A stretch of 46,174 nucleotides of DNA from a bacterium (lineage in GTDB: Bacteria > Krumholzibacteriota > Krumholzibacteriia > G020349025): the NCBI GenBank assembly GCA_031362565.1, contig JANLSU010000011.1, positions 1 through 46,174 on the forward strand, in the 5' to 3' direction. How positions within the stretch are numbered: the stretch's first letter is position 1; every line of letters begins with the position of its first letter. A program made the translations under genes and the position numbers. The notes under the pieces were generated by a model. The model was not told where the DNA came from. It saw only the letters and a program-made list of their open reading frames with translations, and did no database searches. Positions 1-8,387 of the stretch are shown piece by piece.

Positions 1-100
1 TTAGAGGCGCGAGCCCGTTAACTCGCCGTCGGGGGTCCCACACCTCCGAAGACGTGCTCCTACCAGGAAGCGGACACGGACTCGGACACGGGATCGGACG
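1..100 (-). repeat. Dispersed repeat element, left copy: degenerate hexamer tract (71-100) plus 57-bp core with two hairpins
   Basis: Reverse complement of 1-57 (gcacgtcttcggaggtgtgggacccccgacggcgagttaacgggctcgcgcctctaa) matches 46111-46167 at 53/57 positions. CGGA/CGGG recurs with period 6 at 71, 77, 83, 89, 95. Confidence 0.9.
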
Positions 101-106
101 CTGGGG

Positions 107-1561
107 TCACCGCGCGACGACGATCTTGCGGGTTTCGGAGCGTTCGACGCTGTCCATTCGGTAGACGTAGATGCCGTTGGCGACGCGGGTGCCGCGGTCG
201 TCGCGGGCATCCCATGCGTAGCGGTGCAGGCCGGCGCTCAGTGTGCCGGACTGGAGCGTGCGGACGACGCGGCCGCGAATGTCGAAGATGCGCAGGCGCG
301 TCTCACCGGAAGTGGCGAGGCCGAAGGCGATCGACGTGCCGTCGCGCATCGGATTGGGGCGCGCGATCAGCGGGCCGACTTCCGACACGGAAGCGACAGG
401 ATCGGCAGGTGTGGGGGCGCCGATTGTCGGCCGTGCGATGGAGTCGTCCTTGTCACACGGGTCATGGTGGTGCACGAGTTTCAATTTGGTTTTCTTCTGG
501 ATGAGTTCGGCTTGAGTCGTCGCCTGCATCACGTCGACGTTGAAAACGAGGTCGAGCAGGTTGCCGGTACTGATCAGCGTCGATTTTTCGATGCCGCGGC
601 CCTGGATCTCGAATTCCCACGAGCCCTCGGACCGCTGCAGTTCGAAGCGCGTCAAGGCGCCCTTGGCGTTGGAATTCTTGTAGATCCAGCAGGGACCATC
701 GTGGTGATCGTCGCACTGGTTGTCGCGCGCTTCGCGCACCGAACCGGCGGGCAAGGTTTGCGTGTAGTCGCCGATTTGGATCTGGAACTCGAGTTCTTCC
801 GGGTCGATCGCGCCGAACGTCGCGCACGGAATGAACTCGCCCTTGATGTGGAACTTGCCGTCCGTGTCGCGGAATGCGTGCTTGGGGTGTTTCGGGAAGT
901 CGAACGACGCACTCTCGATGCCGAAGCACTGCACCGGGCAGTCGGGGGCCGCGACCTTCTGGGCTTGTAGAAAGCCGTCGACGCTCATGGCGTAGCCGTC
1001 CGGCAAGCTTTGGCCCGGGGCCTCGCGCGACACCACGCCGCCGAAGGTGAAGCCCTCGGCGCGCGATGCATGCAGCGTCTCGAGGCAACTTCCCTCATCG
1101 AAAGTCACGGTGCCTTCGTAGGCACCGGTCGTCGTTTCCGAGTCGAAGAAGAGCGCGAAACTGGTCAGCGGCCCGCCCAGACACAAGGTGCCGTTGGTGA
1201 ACGTCGATGGCACCGTGGCATTCGGCGGCCCGGCGCTGAAGTCGTGGTCGCGCGACGGATCGCGGTAAAAATCGATGCGGCCGCCGCTGAAGGTCACGAG
1301 CAGAACGCCCTCGCCGCCATCCTGCGGCGCGTCGGCAACGAGGCCGGTGATATAGCCGGTCATTTCTTCAGCGGCAAAATCGACTCCGAGTGCGGCCGAG
1401 GCCTGATCGACCACGACCGGAATGCGCAGGGAATCGCCAGCTACGAACGGCAGCGACACACCACTCTTGAACGCGTACCCCTGGTAGTCGAGCGTCGTGG
1501 CATGCACCGGGGCAAGGTGCGCCGAGACGACAATGAGTGCGAGAGTTGTAATGCGACGCAT
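107..1561 (-). CDS. Secreted multidomain protein with C-terminal FlgD-Ig/T9SS-like domain (484 aa)
   Basis: Start re-set to ATG 1561 (AAGGTGG RBS). Signal peptide MRRITTLALIVVSAHLAPVHA. C-terminus PNPM..TSIAFGL..RLRIFDIRGRVVRTL..WDARDDRG..VANGIYVYRM..RKIVVAR is a typical FlgD-Ig tail. Confidence 0.8.
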   Translation of the reverse strand: MRRITTLALIVVSAHLAPVHATTLDYQGYAFKSGVSLPFVAGDSLRIPVVVDQASAALGVDFAAEEMTGYITGLVADAPQDGGEGVLLVTFSGGRIDFYRDPSRDHDFSAGPPNATVPSTFTNGTLCLGGPLTSFALFFDSETTTGAYEGTVTFDEGSCLETLHASRAEGFTFGGVVSREAPGQSLPDGYAMSVDGFLQAQKVAAPDCPVQCFGIESASFDFPKHPKHAFRDTDGKFHIKGEFIPCATFGAIDPEELEFQIQIGDYTQTLPAGSVREARDNQCDDHHDGPCWIYKNSNAKGALTRFELQRSEGSWEFEIQGRGIEKSTLISTGNLLDLVFNVDVMQATTQAELIQKKTKLKLVHHHDPCDKDDSIARPTIGAPTPADPVASVSEVGPLIARPNPMRDGTSIAFGLATSGETRLRIFDIRGRVVRTLQSGTLSAGLHRYAWDARDDRGTRVANGIYVYRMDSVERSETRKIVVAR

Positions 1562-1793
1562 GACGACCACCTTGTGACGGCTCTGCAGGTTGTCCTGACC
1601 CAACGGGGATGGGGGCGGAAGAATAGCACTTTCTTGACGACAACGGGCGCAAACCCGCCTCTGGCATGGCTCTCCGGTCCGCGTCGTGGCCGGGACCGCC
1701 GCCATCGGACGGGTGGTCGCGCATGGTCGCGAGTCGCATCCAATCGCGTTCCGGCGGAAATGGCGCAACTCACAGAATTCGTTTCTCTTACAG

Positions 1794-1822
1794 TTTCGCC
1801 GCCGGGCCAAATTCGTTATAAT
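1794..1822 (+). promoter_or_regulatory. Candidate sigma70-type promoter of the ethylmalonyl-CoA operon
   Basis: Perfect TATAAT at 1817-1822 in an AT-richer divergent intergenic region about 100 bp upstream of the epimerase. The -35 (TTTCGC/TTCGCC) is weak. Confidence 0.4.
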
Positions 1823-1918
1823 GAAAGGGACGGGCATTCGACCGCCCGGGCATCGTTATGGTTCGGATCGCGTGGCGCTGCCCCGCGGCGCGGCACTCCT
1901 ACGGTTTGGTGAGGTGCG

Positions 1919-2383
1919 ATGACTGAACGCCTGCGCAAGGTCGATCATATCGGCGTCGCAGTGAGCGACCTGGAAGCGGCCGTTGCCGCCTTCACGGCGC
2001 TGTTTGGCGTCGCCCCAGAATCGATCGAAGACGTGCCCGATCAGAAAGTACGGACGGCGTTCTTCGCCGCCGGGGACACCCACGTAGAATTACTTTGGCC
2101 GTTGGCCGAAGACAGCCCTATTTCGAGCTTCCTCGCCAAACGGGGCCCGGGCTTGCACCATATTTGCTTCGAAGTCCCCAATATCGAGCGGGCGCTGGAC
2201 GAATACCGCGCCGCGGGAATGCGCCTGATCGATGAGGCGCCGCGGATCGGTGCGCATGGCAAACGGATTGCGTTCCTGCACCCCAAGTCGACCGGTGGGG
2301 TCCTGATCGAAATTTGCGAGGTCGAGCGCCAGGCCGGCTGCGAGCCGCACCCACGCTCACCACACCTCGCCAGCGGCCACTGA
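1919..2383 (+). CDS. mce: Methylmalonyl-CoA/ethylmalonyl-CoA epimerase (VOC family)
   Basis: DHIGVAV, HVELL, GPGLHHICFEV, GAHGKRIAFLHPKSTGGVLIEI motifs; GAGGT RBS. Confidence 0.93.
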   Translation: MTERLRKVDHIGVAVSDLEAAVAAFTALFGVAPESIEDVPDQKVRTAFFAAGDTHVELLWPLAEDSPISSFLAKRGPGLHHICFEVPNIERALDEYRAAGMRLIDEAPRIGAHGKRIAFLHPKSTGGVLIEICEVERQAGCEPHPRSPHLASGH

Positions 2384-2435
2384 GGACGATCGCCGTTTCG
2401 GGTTTGCTTCCTGTCGGCCACACGGAGGTGGCGTC

Positions 2436-4178
2436 ATGGCCTCGAACCACGCGGATCTCGGCGCGCGCGCGACATTGCACGCATGCGATTCCCTCCTGGC
2501 AACCGCCCGTCTGCATCTGGCCGCTCGGGCGACCGATCGCGGTCGTATCTCCAACGATCGCATCGATCGCATGCAGTGGCCGGTCTACGAACTTTCGTGG
2601 TGCACGACATGGCTGCGCGTCGCCGAAGCGATGCTCGATTCCGCGGGCGCCTCCCGCGCGACTGAACTCGAAGCGCATTTGGCCGAACTCTGCGCCGGCA
2701 CCGCGGCACACGAAATCCGCACCCGTCTGCAGCGCTCCCCCGCCGACTTCGGCCTCGACGCCGGGACGTTGAACAGTGCCTTCGCGGCACCCGCCGTCGA
2801 AACATTCATGGCGCACGCGTTGGCGGCAGATCAAGCGTCGACGCTGGCCGGCGAAGTCGCCGCGCAGGGCTTTGGCGCCCGCGGCCTCTCGGAAGACCAC
2901 GAAATGATCCGCGAGACGTTCCGGCGCTTCGCCGATGATGTCGTGGCACCACTCGCCGAACACGCCCATCGCGAAGACCTGTTGGTCCCACAGGAGATCA
3001 TCGCCGGATTGCGCGAGATGGGTTGTTTCGGCCTGTCGATTCCGCAGCGCTACGAAGGCTTCCAGGATGACGAACGGCCCGACAACATGGGCATGATCCT
3101 GGTGACGGAAGAATTGTCGCGCGGCTCGCTCGGCATCGCCGGCAGCCTGGTGACACGGCCGGAGATTCTGGCGAAGGCACTCCTCAAGGGCGGCACCGAA
3201 GAGCAGAAGGAACGCTGGCTGCCGGTCATTGCGCGCGGCGACAAGATGGTGTCGGTGTGCGTCACGGAGCCGGACTTCGGGTCCGATGTCGCCGGCATGA
3301 GTGTCACGGCGCGGCCGACCGACGGCGGCTGGCTGTTGAACGGTGTGAAAACCTGGGCGACATTCGCCGGCCGTGCCGAAGTGCTGCTGGTGCTCGCCCG
3401 CACCGATCCGGACCCGGCGAAGAAACACGCCGGCCTGTCGCTCTTCATCGCCGAAAAACCGGCCTTCGACGGCCATGCGTTCGATTTTACGCAACCCGCC
3501 GGCGGCCGCGTCGAAGGGCGCGCGATTCCGACCATCGGTTATCGCGGCATGCATTCCTATGAAGTCGCCTTCGAAAACTATTTCGTACCCGCCGACCAGC
3601 TCGTGGGTGGCGAAGCCGGCCTCGGGCGCGGCTTTTACCTGCAGATGGAAGGCTTCGCGGGCGGCCGCTTGCAGACGGCGGCGCGCGCCAATGGCGTCAT
3701 GCAGGCCGCGCTCGAAAAAGGCGCGTCCTACGCGCACGAGCGTGCGGTGTTCGGCCGGCCCATCTTCGAATACGGCCTGACGCAATGGAAGCTGGCACAG
3801 ATGGCGATGCTGGTGCAGGCGTCGCGGCAGTTCACCTACGCGGTGGCCCGCATGGTGGACGAGGGGCGCGGCCAGATGGAGTCGTCGATGGCGAAGCTCT
3901 TCGCGTCGCGCATGGCCGAAATGGTGACCCGCGAAGCTCAGCAGATTCACGGCGGCATGGGTTACGCGGAGGAATACGCGGTGTCGCGGTACTTCGTGGA
4001 CGCGCGGGTGTTCTCGATCTTCGAAGGCGCCGAGGAAGTCCTGGCGCTCAGGGTTCTCGGACGCGCCCTCTTGGAAGCCGAGTTGGCGAAGGCCACCGCG
4101 GCGGATCCGGACGGCGACATGACGCAGGGCGGCACCCACCCGCGCGACGGCGGCAGCCCGCGCAGCCGCGCGGCCTGA
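2436..4178 (+). CDS. mcd: Acyl-CoA dehydrogenase, probable (2S)-methylsuccinyl-CoA dehydrogenase
   Basis: EELSRG, TEPDFGSD, GYRGM, QIHGGMGYAEEY and IFEGAEE motifs. 580 aa with the N-terminal extension typical of Mcd; sits in a ccr/mch context. Confidence 0.85.
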   Translation: MASNHADLGARATLHACDSLLATARLHLAARATDRGRISNDRIDRMQWPVYELSWCTTWLRVAEAMLDSAGASRATELEAHLAELCAGTAAHEIRTRLQRSPADFGLDAGTLNSAFAAPAVETFMAHALAADQASTLAGEVAAQGFGARGLSEDHEMIRETFRRFADDVVAPLAEHAHREDLLVPQEIIAGLREMGCFGLSIPQRYEGFQDDERPDNMGMILVTEELSRGSLGIAGSLVTRPEILAKALLKGGTEEQKERWLPVIARGDKMVSVCVTEPDFGSDVAGMSVTARPTDGGWLLNGVKTWATFAGRAEVLLVLARTDPDPAKKHAGLSLFIAEKPAFDGHAFDFTQPAGGRVEGRAIPTIGYRGMHSYEVAFENYFVPADQLVGGEAGLGRGFYLQMEGFAGGRLQTAARANGVMQAALEKGASYAHERAVFGRPIFEYGLTQWKLAQMAMLVQASRQFTYAVARMVDEGRGQMESSMAKLFASRMAEMVTREAQQIHGGMGYAEEYAVSRYFVDARVFSIFEGAEEVLALRVLGRALLEAELAKATAADPDGDMTQGGTHPRDGGSPRSRAA

Positions 4179-4189
4179 AGGAGGGCGCA

Positions 4190-5365
4190 ATGCACCGCGA
4201 ATTCGCACCCGGACGACAGATGGAGAAGGCGCCGGCCGGCCCATTGCACCTCCCCGACGGGGTGCGGGCGCCGAGTTATGGACGCTATCTGGAGGAATTC
4301 AACGCCGGTCAAGTCTTCGTGCATCCGCGCGGCATGACCCTCGACCGCGGCTTGTGCCAAGACTTCGCGACGACGTTCCTCGAACACAACCCGCTCTATC
4401 TGAATGCCGAGTATGCGATGGCGTGCGGCTATGAAACGGCGCCGGCATCGCCGCTCCTGGTGTTGGCAACGGTGCTGTCGCTCGGCGTGCAGAACGACTC
4501 CGAAAAGGCGATCGCCCATCTGGGCTACTACGACGTGCACTTCCCGCGGCCGGTCTACCCGGGTGACACGCTGCGCGCCTTGACGCGCGTCACCCATCGG
4601 CAAGAGCGCGGCCCCACGGATCCGGGCATCGTTTCGGTGCGCACGATCGGCTTGAATCAGCGCGACGAACTCGTGCTGCAGTACGACCGCAAGATCTTGG
4701 TGCCGCGCCGGCCGGCGGGCGTTGCCGGCGCTGCGGCGCCGGCGGCCGAGTTCCCGGCCTTCCCCGACACCGAACAAGCATTGCTGCGGATTCCGGATGT
4801 CGAATGCCGTCCGACGCATTTCACCGGCGCTGCGACGTTCTTCGAAGACTTCCAGCCCGGCCAGGTCATCCTGCACGCCAATGGCCGCACCGTCACCGAC
4901 GAGCACTTCGCATGGACGTATCGGGTCGGCAACACGCATCCGCTGCACTTCGACCGCCTGTACAGCACGGCGCGGAGCGGTGCCATGAGCGGCGAACCAA
5001 TTGTCTACGGCGGCCTCGTATTCGCGTGGTTGGCGGGGCTCGCGAGCCGCGACACGAGCGACAACGCGCTCTACGATTTGGGCTACACCGAGGGCTACCA
5101 CACCCAGCCGACGATGGCCGGCGACACGCTGTACGCCATCTCGCGCGTCGTCGAGTGTGAAGCGGGGCCGCCCGGTATGGATGCCGGCATCGTCACGCTG
5201 CAGTTGATCGGCGTCAAGAACATGAACGGCCGCACCGCGCTCGACACGTACGGTGCCGATTTGTTTCTCAAGGAAAACGACAAGCGCAAGCTCGGCAAGG
5301 AAAAGGCGCCCGGAAAAATATTCGAGATCGAGCGCCGGCTCTTGATTCGCAAACGCCCGGTCTGA
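4190..5365 (+). CDS. mch: Double MaoC-domain hydratase, probable mesaconyl-C1-CoA (2-methylfumaryl-CoA) hydratase (391 aa)
   Basis: Start re-set to ATG 4190 (GGAGG RBS). Two hot-dog repeats (GRYLEEFNAGQ..PVYPGDTL; FFEDFQPGQ..HPLHFD..AGDTLYA) and IVYGG motif; pathway context. Confidence 0.8.
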   Translation: MHREFAPGRQMEKAPAGPLHLPDGVRAPSYGRYLEEFNAGQVFVHPRGMTLDRGLCQDFATTFLEHNPLYLNAEYAMACGYETAPASPLLVLATVLSLGVQNDSEKAIAHLGYYDVHFPRPVYPGDTLRALTRVTHRQERGPTDPGIVSVRTIGLNQRDELVLQYDRKILVPRRPAGVAGAAAPAAEFPAFPDTEQALLRIPDVECRPTHFTGAATFFEDFQPGQVILHANGRTVTDEHFAWTYRVGNTHPLHFDRLYSTARSGAMSGEPIVYGGLVFAWLAGLASRDTSDNALYDLGYTEGYHTQPTMAGDTLYAISRVVECEAGPPGMDAGIVTLQLIGVKNMNGRTALDTYGADLFLKENDKRKLGKEKAPGKIFEIERRLLIRKRPV

Positions 5366-5395
5366 TGGTTTCGACCGTTCGCAAGGATGCGTCGC

Positions 5396-7015
5396 ATGAG
5401 CACCAATAAACGCGATAGCGCGATCCACGAGATCGTCAATGACTCGGGCCTGCCGTTGCTGCCGTCGTACGACGCCAGTGACGTCGCGCCCGGGCTCGAG
5501 GCACGCCTCGGTGCGCCGGGCGTCTATCCGTTCACGCGCGGCCTGCACGCCGAAGGCTATCGCCAGCAACTGTGGACCATGCGGCAGTATGCGGGCTTCG
5601 GCACGCCGGGGGCGACGAACGCGCGCTTCAAGCGCCTCATCGAGCAAGGGCAGACCGGCCTGTCGGTGGCCTTCGACCTACCGACCCAGATGGGCTACGA
5701 CTCGGATCACCCGATGGCGGACGGCGAGGTCGGACGGGTCGGTGTCGCAATCGACTCACTTCAGGACATCGAGACGCTGTTCGACGGCATCCCGCTTGGT
5801 CGCATTTCAACTTCGATGACGATCAACGCCACCGCGCCGATTCTGCTCGCCATGTACGTGGTTGCCGCGGAGAAACAGGGCGTCGGCCGGGACCGGCTGG
5901 CCGGCACGGTGCAGAACGATATCCTCAAGGAATATGTCGCGCGCGGCACCTACATCTATCCACCGCGCCCGTCGCTGCGCATGGCGGTCGATCTCATCGC
6001 TTACGCGGCGCGCGAGTTGCCGCGCTTCAATCCCATCTCCTGCAGCGGCTATCACATTCGCGACGCCGGCTCGACCGCGGTGCAGGAAATGGCCTTCGCG
6101 CTCGCCAACGCCATGGCCTATGTCGACGCGACGCTGGAGCGTGGGGTGCCGGTCGACGATTTCGCGACGCGCATTTCGTGGATCTTCAACACCCACAACG
6201 ATTTTTTCCAAGAGATCGCCAAGTTCCGGGCCCTGCGGCGGATGTGGGCACGGATCATGCGCGAAAACTACCGCGCCACCAACCCGCGCGCTTGGATGCT
6301 GCGGACGCACACCCAAACGGGCGGCGTGACGCTCCGCGCCCAGCAGCCGGAAAACAACATCGTCCGCGCCGCCTATCAAGCCATGGCGGCGGCGTTGGGC
6401 GGCGTGCAATCGATGGCGCTATCGTGCTTCGACGAAGCGCTGGCGTTGCCGACGGAATTCTCGCAGCAGATGGCGCTCCGCACTCAGCAGGTCTTAGCCC
6501 ATGAAACCGGTCTCCGCAAGGTGGCCGATCCGCTGGGCGGTTCGTACTACATCGAGTCCCTCACCGATGAGCTCGAAGCCGAAGCCTGGGCACTGCTCGA
6601 CGAAATCGCCCGGCGCGGCGGTGCGGTGGCAGCGATCGAACAGCGCTTCATGCAAACCGAAATCGAACGCGCCGCATACGCCGAACAATTGGCGATCGAG
6701 TCCGGGGAACAGCCGGTCGTCGGACTCAATTGCCACACCGACACGGTGGCGGGCGGCGGTTTGGGCCTGCAGGGCGAGCTTTTCCGCCTCGACGACGCGG
6801 CGTCGGAAGCGCAGCGCGCAGCGCTCGTGCGGTTGCGCTCCGAGCGGGATGCGGTGGCCGTGGCTGCAGCCTTGAGTGCACTCACAGCTGGCGCCCGCGA
6901 TGAACGGGCCGACACCATGGAACTCGTGCTTGCGGCGGTGCGCGCCTATGCAACCGTCGGCGAGATCAGCGATGCCTTGCGCAGTGTCTTCGGCGTACAC
7001 CACGAGGGAGCGTGA
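5396..7015 (+). CDS. B12-dependent acyl-CoA mutase, substrate-binding large subunit only (methylmalonyl-CoA mutase family; candidate ethylmalonyl-CoA mutase)
   Basis: PFTRG..WTMRQYAGF, GLSVAFDLPTQMGYDSD, SMTINA, GTVQNDILKEY, SGYHIRDAG, HTQTGG, DPLGGSYYIE. Ends at ATVGEISDALRSVFG with no DxHxxG cobalamin domain. ATG 5396 is better spaced from AAGGA than ATG 5387. Confidence 0.9.
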   Translation: MSTNKRDSAIHEIVNDSGLPLLPSYDASDVAPGLEARLGAPGVYPFTRGLHAEGYRQQLWTMRQYAGFGTPGATNARFKRLIEQGQTGLSVAFDLPTQMGYDSDHPMADGEVGRVGVAIDSLQDIETLFDGIPLGRISTSMTINATAPILLAMYVVAAEKQGVGRDRLAGTVQNDILKEYVARGTYIYPPRPSLRMAVDLIAYAARELPRFNPISCSGYHIRDAGSTAVQEMAFALANAMAYVDATLERGVPVDDFATRISWIFNTHNDFFQEIAKFRALRRMWARIMRENYRATNPRAWMLRTHTQTGGVTLRAQQPENNIVRAAYQAMAAALGGVQSMALSCFDEALALPTEFSQQMALRTQQVLAHETGLRKVADPLGGSYYIESLTDELEAEAWALLDEIARRGGAVAAIEQRFMQTEIERAAYAEQLAIESGEQPVVGLNCHTDTVAGGGLGLQGELFRLDDAASEAQRAALVRLRSERDAVAVAAALSALTAGARDERADTMELVLAAVRAYATVGEISDALRSVFGVHHEGA

Positions 7016-7020
7016 CCATC

Positions 7021-8283
7021 ATGGCAGACTTGTACAACATCGGCGAAATCCCGGCGCTGGGCACGATCCCGGCACAAATGCACGCGTTCGTGATCCGGCG
7101 CGAACGGCACGGTGAACCCGAGCAGGCGATGCAACACGAAATCATCGGCGTGCCGCAGTTGGGGCCCGACGAGGTGCTCGTGCAGGTCATGGCGGCGGGC
7201 GTCAATTACAACGGTGTGTGGGCGGCGCTCGGCCAACCCATGTCGGTACTCGACGTGCATAAGCAGGACTTCCACATCGCGGGCTCGGATGCGAGCGGCA
7301 TCGTGTGGGCCGTGGGCAACAACGTCCGGACGTGCAAGCCCGGCGACGAAGTGGTGCTGCATTGCAACCAATCGTGCGGGCAGTGCGAACAGTGCGTCGG
7401 CGGCGATCCCATGTGTTGTCCCGAACAGCGTATCTGGGGTTATGAGACACCCTGGGGCTCGTTCGCACAGTTCTGCAAGGTGCAGGCGCAGCAGGTGCTG
7501 CCGAAGCCGGCGCACCTGACGTGGGAAGAGGCCGCGTCGTACATGCTGACGCTGGCGACTGCGTACCGCATGTTGTTCGGGCACCGGCCGCACGACTTGC
7601 GCCCCGGCCAGTGGGTGCTCGTGTGGGGTGGCTCGGGCGGCATCGGTTCGATGGCGATCCAGCTCGCACGCCATGCCGGCGCGCATTCGGTCGCGATGAT
7701 CTCGTCGGCGGAGAAAGGGCCGTTCGTGCAGCACCTGGGCGCCGACGGCTGGCTGAACCGCAAGGACTTCGCGTGCTGGGGCCGGCTGCCCGACACCCGC
7801 GACCGCGAGGCCTATGGCATGTACTTGAAAGACGTGAAGCGCTTCGGCAAAGCCATCTGGGACATCACCGGTAAACGCGACGTCGACATGGTGTTCGAGC
7901 ATCCGGGCGAAGAAACCTTCCCGGTCTCGTGCTACGTCGTTAAGCGCGGCGGCATGGTGGTGTTCTGCGCCGGCACGACGGGATTCAATCTGACCATGGA
8001 CGCGGCGTACATCTGGATGCGCCAGAAGCGAATTCAGGGATCGCACTTCGCGACCCGCGCCCAAGCCGCCGAGGCCAACCGGCTCATGATGGAGCGGGTC
8101 GTGGAGCCGTGCTTGTCACGAACGTTCGAATTCGAAGCGACCGCCGAACCGCACACCCTCATGCGTGCGAACACGCATCCGGGCGGCAACATGGCGATCC
8201 TGGTCCAAGCTCCGGCGCGCGGCCTGCGAAACACCGCCGAAACGCTCGAATACATCCGCCGCCAAGGTGAGGCCGCCGCGTAA
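7021..8283 (+). CDS. ccr: Crotonyl-CoA carboxylase/reductase
   Basis: GVNYNGVWA, HIAGSDASG, IWGYETPWGSFAQF, YMLTLATAYRML, VFEHPG and WMRQKRIQGSH signatures. Start could alternatively be GTG 7012. Confidence 0.93.
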   Translation: MADLYNIGEIPALGTIPAQMHAFVIRRERHGEPEQAMQHEIIGVPQLGPDEVLVQVMAAGVNYNGVWAALGQPMSVLDVHKQDFHIAGSDASGIVWAVGNNVRTCKPGDEVVLHCNQSCGQCEQCVGGDPMCCPEQRIWGYETPWGSFAQFCKVQAQQVLPKPAHLTWEEAASYMLTLATAYRMLFGHRPHDLRPGQWVLVWGGSGGIGSMAIQLARHAGAHSVAMISSAEKGPFVQHLGADGWLNRKDFACWGRLPDTRDREAYGMYLKDVKRFGKAIWDITGKRDVDMVFEHPGEETFPVSCYVVKRGGMVVFCAGTTGFNLTMDAAYIWMRQKRIQGSHFATRAQAAEANRLMMERVVEPCLSRTFEFEATAEPHTLMRANTHPGGNMAILVQAPARGLRNTAETLEYIRRQGEAAA

Positions 8284-8387
8284 CGCGCCCTCCCGACCGG
8301 TCACCCGCCCCGCCTGCATCCCGTGTAGAATCGGCGCGCTCGAACCCGCGCCGCGCCACACGACATGCCTGCGAGGAGTCGCGTCCC

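Noticed and set aside
7021..8283. Ccr as a polyketide extender-unit supplier in a biosynthetic cluster
   Set aside because: No PKS/NRPS genes in the window; the neighbours are primary ethylmalonyl-CoA pathway enzymes.
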